Positions 1 through 15,335 of a stretch of DNA of 64,000 nt are shown here, piece by piece. The position numbers were made by a program, and so were the translations under genes. Under the pieces are notes generated by a model. The model did no database searches and had not been told where the DNA came from. It saw only the letters and a list, made by a program, of their open reading frames with translations. Numbering within the stretch: position 1 is the first letter of the stretch; the number at the start of each line of letters is the position of its first letter. The stretch lies in assembly GCF_009914755.1 (NCBI RefSeq), contig NC_060936.1, one strand, 5' to 3'. This DNA is from the human T2T-CHM13v2.0 reference genome, Homo sapiens.

Positions 1-43
1 AGTTATTCATGCATGTATTTCAAATTTAACTTTATAAACTGTA

Positions 44-45
<2 letters not shown>

Positions 46-89
<44 letters not shown>
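46..89. repeat. (GT)22 microsatellite
   Basis: Pure GT run that occupies the tail position of the adjacent FLAM. Confidence 0.95.
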
Positions 90-92
<3 letters not shown>

Positions 93-247
93 CAGGGGTC
101 TTGCTTTGTTGCCCATGCTTGTCTTGAATGCCTGGCTTCAAGGTATCCTCCCGCCTCAGCCTTCCAAAGTGCTGGGATACAAAAGTGAGCCACTGTGCCT
201 CAGCCTTCCAAAGTGCTCGGATACAAAAGTGAGCCACTGAGCCTGGC
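88..247 (-). mobile_element. FLAM_C-like Alu left monomer with internal 44-bp duplication
   Basis: Antisense left-arm motifs gtagacaggggtcttgc...tgagccactgagcctggc. Confidence 0.85.
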
Positions 248-703
248 AGTGTATCCATTTTAAAAAACAAAAAACCTGATTTTGATATTTTCTGATATTC
301 TGTTACGTTTTTAAAGGACATGCAGACTTGTTGAAAGGAAGAGCAGAAAGTGGAGAAAGTTGAAAGACTTATCAAAGCTCAGCTAGGTTAGTGTTATGTC
401 TTAGAATCCATGTTTTTAGAGCTTAAATTGCCCAAAGTAGAAATAAATTGAGTTCTTTCTAAGACAGATAGTTTTCACTGAGGTTACAAATTTTCCTGAG
501 GATACAAAATGAGAACATTATAATTCCCAAAAATGTTTATATGCTTTTTTTTTGCAGTTAAATTTTCTACCTTAGCTGTTAACTAAAAATGTCCCTGAAT
601 AGAAGCACTCTTTCATAATCCTATCTCTGCTTTGTTGTGGATTCAGTATTTTCATAGTTGATCGTGTGAAATCTATAACGTCTTTGATAGACAAGTATAT
701 TGT

Positions 704-1028
<325 letters not shown>

Positions 1029-1312
1029 TCAAACTGAATGAAATTAGAAGTTGGAAAGGAAGGAAAAACACAGTTTTAACTGCATTTCATTAGTCAGTGA
1101 GCAGGTACTTAATATATATTTTTAGGTAAAGTATTTAAAAGTTTTAATTATATTGTGAAGGTGCTTATTGGGTGTTTTCCAGACCTACTAAAGTTTAATG
1201 ATAAAAATGGATTTTGTCTGAATTGGGAAGGACATAGAGGATAAATGGAGCAGACGGATGGGGTTGAGGGGATTCTCCTTTTGCTGCTTTGATCACCACA
1301 GTCTTTGGTATT

Positions 1313-1497
1313 CAGGGCCAACTAGAGTTTGTACTCTAGAAACACTAGTTTTCCAGAAATGTTAATATATTTCCATGAAAAGAAGACGAAATGAACTTGA
1401 GCAAAAGGCTAAACTTGGGTTACTTTATTGCAGGACTTCTTAGAGACTTTATTTTGCTAATGTGTATTGTGGATCTCTAGACATTTTGGGGAAACAT
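1313..1497 (+). mobile_element. MER103C-like hAT-Charlie fragment
   Basis: aacactagtt...tgttaata and gcaggacttcttagagacttt...gctaatgtgtattgtggatctc match the recalled consensus. Confidence 0.65.
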
Positions 1498-1575
1498 TAC
1501 TACTTCTCTTCCCTTCCCCATAGTAAATAGTGTTTCACCAGTGTTTCACCCCACAGTAAATAGTGTAACACCATC

Positions 1576-1608
1576 GCCAAAACTGCAATTACTTGTGCAC
1601 CAACCTAA
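1576..1608 (+). mobile_element. Half MADE1 (single Hsmar1 mariner TIR)
   Basis: gccaaaactgcaattacttgtgcaccaacctaa matches the right half of MADE1. Confidence 0.85.
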
Positions 1609-2169
1609 GAGATGCACAACTATACATTTTCTACTGTTTAAACTATAATGTGATAAAAGAAATAACAAACTTTTTTCTGTTTTAAAACATAAATTTCACT
1701 TGTGCTTGGATACTTTCTGTGTATTCATTATGTTGTGAATTGATAATTCATTTGACTAAATACATTGCAATAAACTATTGCTGGAATGGAAGTCTCTTAG
1801 TGATGTCCAGGAATAGCTATCACATTCTGAATTGTTGACCAAAAATGATAGACCCATATTCCATGAATATCTAAGTCAGCGTTTACAGGGCTTCACTCCC
1901 ATCTTACTGCCATAGAAATTTTTGGTGGAGCCCCAGGGAGAATGTGCTGGTTTTGATGTTTTGGCTGCTGCCTTCCCTCTCCCCCCGCCCTTTTTTTCCC
2001 CATTATACCATTGATTTGGAGTAAAGGGGTCAATTTGTTCTTTAGACTGTCTTAAATTCTGGCTTTGATTGCTTTCTTTTGGTGTCAATTAACTTGTTCC
2101 TCTATCCCTCATACATATTTGCTGAAAAGTGATAGATCTAAAGGTTAATAATATTCAGATTTAATATTT

Positions 2170-2280
2170 TAGGCATACTTGATAGGTACTGCTGTGCTTT
2201 TCATCATATCATGAGGCATATAATGTTTAGTTGTCCCCTTTTAGTGATGCTAAGATTGAACAGTGGTTTTAGGTATTAAT
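2170..2280 (-). mobile_element. Old L1M 3' fragment
   Basis: atgtttagttgtccccttttagtgatgctaagattga resembles L1MC/ME 3' UTR. Confidence 0.5.
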
Positions 2281-2294
2281 AATTTGATTAATAT

Positions 2295-2352
2295 GTATTT
2301 CCAAAAAGTGCTCCAGGTGATTCTTAAGTACACTGAAGTTTGAGAACAGTTG
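2295..2352 (+). mobile_element. MER5-family terminal fragment
   Basis: ctccaggtgattctt...aagtttgagaacagttg. Confidence 0.6.
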
Positions 2353-2773
2353 ATCTAAGTATTGTAATGAAACCAATTTAGTTGCTGAGATGACTAGTTT
2401 AACATGGCATGAACATATTGGTCAGGGTTACATCCAGAACAAAACCTCCAGGTGACATCTGGTCTAGGGGCACCTGCTCAAGCTGCACCTGTCATCTCTG
2501 ACCACAGCTTGGACACACTTATACTTTGTCTCTGGACTCTAGAGAAGGTAACAAGGGCTCCACTTTAGTTAAGGGAAAAAAAGAGTAAATGAACTACCAA
2601 ATTCTAACTTATCCTAAGTGTGTTTATGTAATTTGGATTAAAAAAATTAATTAAAAATAAGTGTTCCTCACTTATTCCTAATTGGAGAACTTTCTTTACA
2701 TATATGTATGGTTTTTTTTTCTCATAGAACTTTACTATATTCTTTCCAAATGGGGTACCATTTGTTTTACTGA

Positions 2774-3243
<470 letters not shown>

Positions 3244-3479
3244 GGAGATTTTATTTTTATCATTTCAAATTTGAGAAGTAATTGTGTTATTTAATCTTAG
3301 AAAAAATAACAACTAGGAAAAATATTCTTTCTTTTTTTATGTATAAAAGCAAGGGAAAAAATTCTTTATGCCACCCAAACTTTTTTCTTCCTGGGGCATA
3401 TGGGCTACTTTTTTTTTTTTTTTTTAAGGCTTTAGGTTATATCCAACTCCCAGCCTTAAGTGTCAGCCACAGTTGCTAG

Positions 3480-3890
<411 letters not shown>

Positions 3891-4050
3891 AGAGCATTGT
3901 CTTAATTGTCTTATAGATAATCCTACATTATCCATAGTTGCTATTCATCTTATGCAGGTATATTCCATGTTCCAGGTGTGCTTGGCTTTTATTTGTATCA
4001 GTAAATAATTTTGAAAACTACCATATAATTGGGATAAAATATAAAGTTAC

Positions 4051-4114
4051 TTTTTTTTTTTTTTTTTTTTTTTTTGAGACAGCGTCTGGCTCTGTCGCCC
4101 AGGCTGGAGTGCAG
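4051..4114 (-). mobile_element. Severely 5'-truncated Alu (39-bp body + T25)
   Basis: Alu 3' end flanked by perfect TSD aaagttacttttt. Confidence 0.9.
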
Positions 4115-5811
4115 AAAGTTACTTTTTATGAAGAATTCAAATAAAGTTGTGTAATCTATTGTTTGGATAAACATCTTATTGTAAAATATGGCCAGGTTTC
4201 ATAATTCTGGTCTTTCTGAGTTCTTACTGTCATACTTGATAAGTATTTATATATAGTGGCCAGTAGTCAATTGCTGTGTGCACAAAGATGATCTTTATTA
4301 AATAATACGTATCTTTCATGGTGAAGTGTTTTTGGGTGAAATTTTATTCTGTCTCTATGCTAGCCCAGCGATTAATTTTAAATAAATAAAATGTTAATAT
4401 AAACATACATGAGATCAGTGGGAACATTCTTCTATTACAATAGGTCAAGGAAGAGACCATAGCTAGGGCCCTGTCCAGAAAATACCTAATTTGTAATATT
4501 TTAAAAATGGGATGAATTTAACTTTTTCAGTAGTAAGGCTCAGGTTGATCACACTTTCCATAATGGTTCATAGATTAAGTGAATTTGCAATACGCTTGAG
4601 CTCAGATCAGACCACATAGAACTTCATAAACAGTAGTTAGTGGCTTAGAGTAACTTGTACCTCCCAGTGTGCTTGCAAATAATAGGTAGTCTATCAAGAG
4701 TTCTTAAGTGGTTTGGTATAATTTGTAGTTTACACCATTAAAGAGTCAAACTTTTGAATTTCTGAGTTGTCTTTTTAGGTAGCCTCATATTGCAATGTAG
4801 TAATTCAATCTAGTAGTAAAAATATATGTGATTTTTGATATAGTCCAGTTGAGAGAGAAATGGTGAATCCATTATTTTCTTCTTTTTTTGCCATGTTTTT
4901 CCTTTTCAAAATTGTTAAATTTCTTTTGCTATCTATATGTGAACTTTTGCTTACACTTCCTGTAGATCAACCAATTAATTGTTTTGCCACATTTGGTTTA
5001 CATTTTTCTTTTTATATGTGATGGTGTGCACACTCATACACACACTATCACATATAAAAAGAAAAATATAAAGCAAATGTGGCAAGTGTGTGTGTGTGTT
5101 TATATACACATACACACATTATCACTGTCGTTTATTCATTGGATATTATTACAGTATAATGTCTTTTATTTATATGTGTTATGACCTAAGAGTAAAATCA
5201 TTCGCTAATGTAACAATGGACAGTTATTACATTCAGAAACCTTAACATGGATAAAATTGTATTCTCTATTATGTAGACCTTAAATCAAATTTTAACAGTT
5301 GTCCCAAAGATGCCTTTTATAGCAATCATATCCCCCAACCCCATTCATTATCTTGTATTGCATGTAGTTATCATATCTGTAGTTCTTCAGCCTTTTTGTG
5401 TCTTTTGTGATGTTACATTTTGAACTATACAGGCCAAAAGTACTATAAAGTTTGGAGTTGTCTAATATTTTTTCAGGATTTAAGTTAGGCATTTTTGGCA
5501 AGAGACATGTCATGTCACTTTGTCTCATTATTGCTGAGATTAAGGTGGTATCCTCCTGATTTCTCCACTGTAAAGTTACCATTTTCTCTTTTTGAATTAA
5601 TAAGTATTCTGTAGCGACATACCTTGAGACCATGAAACTATCTTGCTTACCATCAAACTTTTACCCAGTAGTTTTAACATCCACTGATGGTTTGGGCTTG
5701 AATCAGTTATTAATATGATACTTGCATTTATTTGTGCTTGAATCAGTTATTAATATGATACAAGCATTTTATGATGCTTGTTTTCTAACTCTTATCATTT
5801 CTTTTACATTT

Positions 5812-6108
5812 ATTTGTTTTTGAGACTGGGTCTCACTCTGTCTCAAAACACCCAGGCTGGAGTACAGTGACACAAATCATGGCTCATTGCAGCCTTGACC
5901 TTCCAGCTCAAGCCATCCTCCCACCACAGCCTCCCAAGTACCTGGGACTACAGGCGCATGCCACCCTGCCCAGCTAGTTTTTTGTAGTTTTATAGAGATA
6001 GGGTTGTGCCATTTTGCTCAGGCTGGTCTCAAACTTCTGGGCTTAAGCAATCCATTTGCATTGGCCTCCAAAGTGTTAGGATTACAGGCATGAGCCACTG
6101 CTCCTGGC
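5812..6108 (-). mobile_element. AluJ
   Basis: J-type motifs (gcagccttgacc, ctcaagccatcctccc); TSD cttttacattt. Confidence 0.9.
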
Positions 6109-6794
6109 TCCTTTTACATTTCTCCTTTTACATATGGGACATATTTTCATTCTTATTTATTTATTAGTTAGGTTTTTATGTTATGCAGTGGTTAAAATCT
6201 ATCATTGTTATGCATTTTGCTGCTTAGATTTGGCCAGTGAGAGCCCTTTTAAGCTGGCTCCTTTATCTTTTTAACATGTGTCTATTATTCTTGAGCCCTT
6301 CCTTTTTGACAAAATAAGATCTTCCAGGGTCTACTTGTATTTTGCCTACCCAGCTCTAGAATCATCTATTTCTCTGAAAATCCTCGTTCCATTTAATGCG
6401 GAATGGTATATAGAAACCAAGATCGAGGTGATAGGTGTGCTCATTGCTACTGGGTTATTTTTTCTTCTAGGGCCTTTTAGAGAACAGAACTGGGGAAAAA
6501 ATTATTTTGTCTGTAAATACATTTATTTTGAAAATCAGGAGGCTATGCTGATACTTCTAATTGCACTCCATACTAGCTAGTTCTTTTCCTTCTTCCATTC
6601 CGTGTATCTCCCTTAACCTTCAGTAAGAATCCTAGTTCTCTACAATAGTATATATGTTCATCTTCTCAGTTCTGCAGTACATATAGAATACTTCCAGAAG
6701 TGTTATCCCACAACAAACAACAAACCTACCAAGTAGCTACAGATTTGTTTGAAGTTCTTTTTGTGTTTAGACTGAAGATGTATTGTTAAAAGTA

Positions 6795-7100
6795 CAGACA
6801 TGCACTGCATAAAGTGTTTTGGTAAATGATGGACTGCATATATGACTGTGTTTTCATAAGAATATAATATTTTTACTTTACCTTTTCTGTGTTTAGATAT
6901 GTTTAGATACACAAATATTTAGCATTGTATTATACTTGCTTGCAGTATTTGGTACAGTAACATGCTGTATAGGTATGTAGCTTAGAGCAGCGGGCTATGC
7001 CTTATAGCCTAGGTATGTAGTAGACTATATACCATCTAGGTTTGTGTAAGTGCGTTTTGTGATGTTTGTTGAATTATGAAATTCAACAAATTTTATTTAT
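6795..7100 (+). mobile_element. Tigger3a (MER7A), right end degraded
   Basis: TA+cagacatgc start; atgtttagatacacaaata and ccatctaggtttgtgtaag. Confidence 0.85.
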
Positions 7101-7684
7101 GAATATGTAAAACACGTAAGATTAAGCCTAGTTTCCCTTCCTAAAATAAAGCTCATTAAAAATATATATTTTGCCTTTTTTCACTTCATATATCTTGAAA
7201 AATCACTAAGTTCATAGAATCCCATTATTATTTTTTTAACAGCTGCATAATGTTCCCATCGTGTAGCTATATCCTAGTTTATTCAACCAGTTCCCTACAT
7301 AATGGCACTTAGATTGTTTCCAGTGTTACTGTAGTAAATAATGTCATCTGAATAATCTGTAAATCTTAGTAACTTTATGCAAACCTATTTTCAGATTGTT
7401 GCAGCTGTGTCTTTAGAGCTAGTTACTAAAGTGGGGATTGAAGCAGCAATCAAAGAATAAATGCACATGTAGTTTTGTTAAATATTGCCAGATTCCCTTT
7501 GTAGGAGAGAACTTTTTTGCACTTCTACCAACAGTATATGAAAATACCTGTTTTCCACAACTTTGCTCTGTTGTCTGGCTTGTTAAATTTCTCTAATATA
7601 GGGGATTAAGAAATGGTATCTCACTATATTTTAATTATTGAGACATTACAGCATGTTTGTTTGTTTTTTTAAAGAGATTGAGTT

Positions 7685-8148
<464 letters not shown>

Positions 8149-9909
8149 TTTTTAACATGTTTTCATCTTTGATAGTGCCAATCCCATCTCATAGTTCTTT
8201 TTTACAAGGTTATTCTTTAATGTTTATTTTTCCATGTGTACTTTAGTATCAGTTTGTTCTAGTTCCAGAAAAAAAAAGCTTGTTGGTCTTTTTATGGGGG
8301 TTGCATTAAATTTATAAGTTGGAGGACTGATTTTGTGATGATACCGAGTTGACCTATCAAAGAGCAATGGAAGTCTTTCCACTTGTTCACATCTTTTTGT
8401 GTCATTCAGAGCCTAAAGTTTTCTTTATATAGGGTTTGAACATTTCTAAAGTTTATTCTTAGGGATATTGTTATTGTTGTTGCTATTGAAAATGTGGTTT
8501 TCTGTTTCATGTTTTCTTGTTATCATTTATTTATATAAAAGCTGTTGAACTTTTATATTTTCTAACCTGCTGCCTTACTAAATTGTTTTATAGTTTTGAT
8601 TTTATGATTGATTTTTTTTTCTTTTTTTTAGAATTTTACCTGTATACTTGGTGTGTCATCTGCAAATAGGGATTGTTTTACTCTTCTAAGTTATGCATCA
8701 AATTACTTTCTTTTGTCTAATTGCATTGGCCAGTATATCCATGCAATGTTAATTAGTAGGGAAAATGGAAACATCTTTTCTTTGCCTTGTTGCTGACCTT
8801 AGTTTGATGCTTCTGACATTTCCTCATTAAGATACTGCCTGTTATATGTTTTGATGCAATCTTAACTATTGACTTTAATTTTAGTAATCCTGTGATATAT
8901 GAAAGTATTCATCTATCTGTTTATTTAATGAGTGGTATTGTTAGACTTAGAAATCAGATTTAGTGATTTTTTTGTGTTATCTACTACAGTTTAGTATCTT
9001 TTTTTTAATCCATAGGTATTATCTATATTTAAGAGAGGGGCTAATGATGAACATTACATTTTTAAAATTCCATTTTTGCACCTTATATTTGAATATGAGT
9101 GTTTCTTATGTTCCAAGAATTTAACACAAAAATACAAGTCAGCTACAGTGCTGATAAATTTGGAGGAAAATTATCTTTCTTTTTCTATCTATGAAACAGT
9201 TTTTGCTCTTTTGTTCTTTGCTGGCCATTGATTACATTACTTGATATTTAATAATAAGGCAATAATTTAAATTATTGCTTGATTTTTATATTCTCAAGAT
9301 GAGAAATAATTATTTTAGTCTTACAAGTCTTCATTATAGGTTAATGAACCCCCTAAAGAAGAAAAGCAAATTTGTACTTTAATCACAGTCAGAAATCTTA
9401 TGTTTGTTTGCGTGAATCCATTTAAATTCATCAATGCTAAATTAAATGTGTTATGTTTTTACATAGTATATTTGATCCTCACAATTAATCATAATTTGGT
9501 TATTGAAAAAATCTTCCTAGTTCTGAGAATTGCTTGGAACATCCCTCCTTCTTAGGCCCCCTCTTTATAAACTATGGAGGTTAGCTTAAATGTGTGTGTT
9601 TGTGCAGGCACGTGTGTGTGTAAGCAGCACTCTTTAGAGTTTTAAGCAAACTGTTTGGTGATTTATTGATCAGTTCTTGCTCATAACCAGTCTTATAGGA
9701 ATTTACCAAGCCTTACATATTTAAAGGGCTAAGTTGAAGTGGATATTAGCTATTGTATACAAACTTAATGTTTTGTAGAAGCCCAGTAGTATAGCTTTCA
9801 GCACCTGAAAATTTAGATTCCTAAAGACAGGAGCAAGAAGTGTGTAGTTAGCTATAATTGGATATGGCTACTGAATTTATTTATTGATTTGTAGTATCGT
9901 CAGTCTTAA

Positions 9910-10090
9910 TACTAGAAAGGATTTTAAGAAGATGGTCTAGCCCTCTGCTTTCTGGAAGGGTAGAAATAAGGATACTTTTCCAGGTAGGCCTGCGTGGGGA
10001 TAATTGACTTGCCTAAGATTATTACTACTGAATGATGGAAGGGAAAAGTAGAAACCAAATCAGATCTGCATTTATTACACTAACCACTCC
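9910..10090 (-). mobile_element. MIR fragment
   Basis: gacttgcctaagatt core. Confidence 0.5.
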
Positions 10091-10156
10091 ATTCTGTTTT
10101 AAAAGGAATAATTTTAGAAGACTATCAGAGATTTCTTTGCTATATAAAACGGGGCC

Positions 10157-10461
10157 TTTATTTATTATTATTATTTTTGAGACAAAGTCTCACTATGTCA
10201 CCCAGGCTAGAATGCAGTGGCGCAATCTCGGCTCACTGCAACCTCCACCTCCTGGGTTCAAGTGATTCTCATGTTTCAGTCTCCTGAGTAGGTGGGACTA
10301 CAGGCACACAACAACATGCCTGGCTAATTTTTTTGTACGTTTAGTAGAGACAGGGTTTCGTCATTTGGCCAGGCTGTTCTCGAACTCCTGGCCTCAAGTG
10401 ATCTGCCCGCCTTGGCCTCCCAAAGTGCTGGGATTACAGGCATGAGCCACTGCGCCTGGCC
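10157..10461 (-). mobile_element. AluSz/Sx-like
   Basis: Full dimeric antisense Alu. Confidence 0.95.
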
Positions 10462-10713
10462 TGGTTTTATGTTAAGATGATTCTGCTGACTTATACTAAG
10501 AGAGAAAAAACACTTTTTACTGCAAATATTCTTTATATTAAATATTTTACTCGTAAAAACCTAAACTTACATATTTGATAAAGCTTATATATTTGATAGT
10601 TGTTTTTTTTTTTAAATAACCAAGGATACTCATTTAAAGGTTAGTCTAGTACATAATTTTTTAGATGGAGACCTCTACTGGAAGTATGAAGTAATAGATA
10701 GATTCTGGTTTGA

Positions 10714-11022
10714 TTTTTTTTTTTTTTTCCTTTGGAGACAGGATCTTGCTCTGCCACCCAGGCTGGAGAATGAAGAGTAGTGGTGCAATCATGGTTCACT
10801 GCAGCCTCAACCTTCTTGGCTTAAGAGATCCTCCTACTTCAGCCTCCCTAGTAACTAGGACTACAGGTGTGTGCCACCATACCTGGCTGATGTGTAAAGA
10901 TTTTGTAGAGACCAGGGCTTTCTGTGTTGCCCAGGATGGTTTCCAACTCCTGGCCTCAAGTGATCCTCCTGGCTTGGCCTCCCAAAGTGTTGGGATTGCA
11001 GACCTGAGCCACCCACCCAGCC
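10714..11022 (-). mobile_element. AluJ
   Basis: J-type motifs, diverged. Confidence 0.9.
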
Positions 11023-11212
11023 TGATTCTATTACTGTAAATATCTAGACAAAGGGATGGTAGGGAGATATGTTTTAAAAACAGTCAATGTAACATATGCT
11101 AAAGTTTTTTTTTTAAGTATTTTTCTTATGAAACTTTAATAGTATACTTTTGGTTTATGATACCATGTTGAATCTTTTAAAAAGCAGACTATTAAGTTTA
11201 TATTTTTTTAGC

Positions 11213-11720
<508 letters not shown>

Positions 11721-12692
11721 TGTCTTCCCCCAATTCACATGAATATAATTTTATTAAAAAGTATTTGAAGATAAGGACTTCAAGGGAATAAAAATATGAA
11801 AATGGTTAGGGTAGTTGTGGGATTGTGGCTTTTTATTTTTATTTAAAAAATTCTTTAATGTATCTTTTTGTAATAACGTGTGTGTTGCTGTACAGTTTAT
11901 AGTTTATTTTTACAAATATTTATCTCAGTGGATTTTTGCAACAACTCTAGGAAATAGGTATTATCCTCTTGTAGATCAGGGAAAAAGCCTGTAAGTACCA
12001 TTGCTAGTGCAGAATTAGAGTTTAGTTTTGTGAGTTATAGTGTACTGCTCCTAGTTTACTATCAGAGTCTTGGGGTCAAGGATTTTTTTTTTTTAATGGC
12101 AATGCACTTTTTGGCATCTGATACATTGTAGCTGAACTGAATTAGGATCTCCTGTCACTTGGGGAGCTTCTTATGAACTCAGGTGGGTATGGTAGGCCTC
12201 TCAGCAAGTGGGAAATCTAATTTGGGAAATTCTGAAAGAATTGAAAATTTCTAACTTACAGAATTAATAGTATAGCATTTCATTCGTCTGTCCCTAAAGC
12301 TTAACATTTTTTTGTGTGGTTTTATTAAACAAGCATCAAGAGTCAGTTGTAGTTGTAGAATATTAATTAACATTGTGGTAAATGTGTCATTTTGTGCAAT
12401 TCTATGCAGTACTTGAAGTTGTTTTTAAGTAAAATAGACACTAATGTCTCCCTATCTGTCTTCACAAGCTACAATATGAGACTAGAGAGTCTTGTGTAGG
12501 GTAAGATTTGAGAGAGTAATACAGACATGCCTGAGAGATGCTGTGGGTTTGATTCCAGACCACCACATTAATATATATGATAGTAAAATGAGAGTGAATT
12601 TTTTGGTTTCCCAGTGCACAGACAAGTTATGTTTATATTATACTGTAGTATATTAATTGTTCAGTAGCATTATGTCTCAAATAACAATGTAC

Positions 12693-13030
<338 letters not shown>

Positions 13031-13073
13031 TTATTGCTGAAAAGTGCTGACAATCATCTGAGTTTTCAGTGAG

Positions 13074-14791
13074 TCATAATCTTTTTACTGGTGAAAGGTC
13101 TTGCCTTGATATTGATGGCTGCTGACTGATCAGGGTGGTGGTTACTGAAGATTGGGGTGGATGTGGAAATTTCTTAAGACAACAATGAAGTTTGCTGCAT
13201 CGATCAACTCTTTCTTTCACGAGAGGTTTCTCTGTAGCATGTAATGCTGTTTGGTAGCAAATTACCCACAGTAGAACATAATTTGAGTCAGTCCTCACAA
13301 ACCCTGCCACTGCTTTATCAACTAAATTTATATACTGTTCTAAATCCTTTGTTGTCATTTCAGCAATGTTCACAGCATCTTCACCGAGAATACATTCTAT
13401 CTCAATAAACCATTTTCTTTGCTCATCCCTGAGAAGGAACTCCTCATTAATTCAGGTTTTATCATGAGATTGCAGCAGTTCAGTCACATCTTCAGGCTCC
13501 ACTTCTAATTCTAGTTCTTTTGCCATTTGCACATCTGCAATGACCTCCTCCACTGTAATCTTGAAGCCCTCAAAGTTATCTACGAGGATTGGAAACAATG
13601 TCTTCAAAACTGTTAATGTTCATATTTTAACCTCCTATGAATCACAGATGTTCTCAATGGCATCTAGAATGGTGAATCCTTTTCAGAAGGTTTTCAGACT
13701 ACTTTGCTCACTTCCATCCAGGGAATCACTGTGGCAGCTATAACTGTACAAAATGTATTTCTTAAGTAATAGACTAGAAAGTCAAAATGACTCCTTGTTC
13801 CATGGGCTGTAGAATGGATGTTGTGTCAGCAGCATGAAAACAACATTCATCTCCTTGTACATCTCCATCAGACCTCTTGGGTGACCATTGTCAGTGAGCA
13901 GTAATATTTTGAAAGTGATCTTTTTTTTTGAGCAGCTGGTTTCAACACTGAGCTCAAAACATTCAGTAAACCATGCTGTTAACAGATGTACTGTCATCCA
14001 GGCTTTGTTGTTTCATTTATAGAGTACAGACAGAGTAGATTTAGCATAATTCTTAAGGACCCTTGGATTTTCAGAATGGTCGTTGAGCATTGGCTTTGAC
14101 TTAAAGTCACCAGCTGCATTAGCCCCTAACAAAAGAGTCAGCTTTTCCCTTGAAGCTTTGAAGCCAGGCATTGACTTTTCCTTTCTAGCTCTGAAAGTCT
14201 CAGATGGCATCTTCTTCCAATAGAAGGCTTTTTCATCTATGTTGAAAATCTGTTGTTTAGTGTAGCCAGTTCTATCATTTACCTTAGCTAGATCTTCTGG
14301 ATATCCTGCTGTAGATTCACTGTCACCACTTGCTGCTTCACCTTGCACTTTTATGTTATGAAGATAACGTCTTTTTGTAAACCTCACAAACCAACAACCT
14401 TTGCTAGCTTCAGACTTTCCTTCTGCAGCTTCCTCACTTCTCTCAGTCTTCCTTGAATTGAAGAGAGTTACGACCTTGTTCTGGATTAGGCTTTGGCTTA
14501 AAGGAATGTCTGGCTGGTTTGATCTTCTGTCTAGACCACTCAGACTTTCTACTTACCAGCCATAAGGGTGTTTCACTTTATCATTTGTGTGTTCCCTGGA
14601 GTAGCACTTATTTTTCTTCAAAACTTTCCTTTTACATTCACAACATAGCTAAATGTTTAGTGCAAGAGGTCTAGCTTTTGGCATATCTTGGCTTTTGAAA
14701 TACCTTCCTCATTAAGCGTAATCATTTCTAGCTTTTGATTTAAAGTGAGAGATATGCAACTCTTCCTTTCACTTGAACGCTTAGAGGCCGT
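13074..14791 (-). pseudogene. Degenerate Tigger1 (pogo/CENP-B/DDE) transposase
   Basis: ORF pieces [61 protein letters not shown]; start ATG appears as ACG at 14791; frameshifts and stops. Confidence 0.9.
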
Positions 14792-15335
14792 TGTGGCCTA
14801 ATTTCAATATAGTTGTGTCTCAGGGTATAGGGATGCCCAAGGAGAAGGGAGAGAAATGGGAGAATGACCAGTCAGTGGAGTAGTCAGAACACACACAGTA
14901 TTTATTAAGTTGCTTTCTTATGTGGGTACAGTTTGGGGTGCCCCCAAACAAATAGAATATTAGCATCAAAGATTACTGATCAGAGATCACCATAATGGAT
15001 ATAATAATAATAATGAAAAAGTTTGAAATATTGGGAGAATTACCAAAATGTGACACAGAACTGTGAAGTGAGCACATGGTTTTAAAAAATGATGCCGATA
15101 GACTTGCTTCAACTTGTTAAACCTTCAATTGGTTTTAAAAAAGATAATATCTGGAAAGCACAATAAAATGAGGCACAATAAAATGAAGTATGCCTGTATT
15201 GACTTTGTTTTAAACTGATATGTGAGGATCCAGGGATTTTGCAAAGTAACTACTATTTTTGAAAACATGGATACGATTAATACAAATGATGTGATTACTT
15301 GGTTGGAGACATTTTGGAGTTGGGAATGTTTATTA

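Noticed and set aside
14013-14387. 124-aa transposase ORF as a TIGD1-like gene
   Set aside because: It is a fragment of a frameshifted Tigger1 whose start codon is lost.
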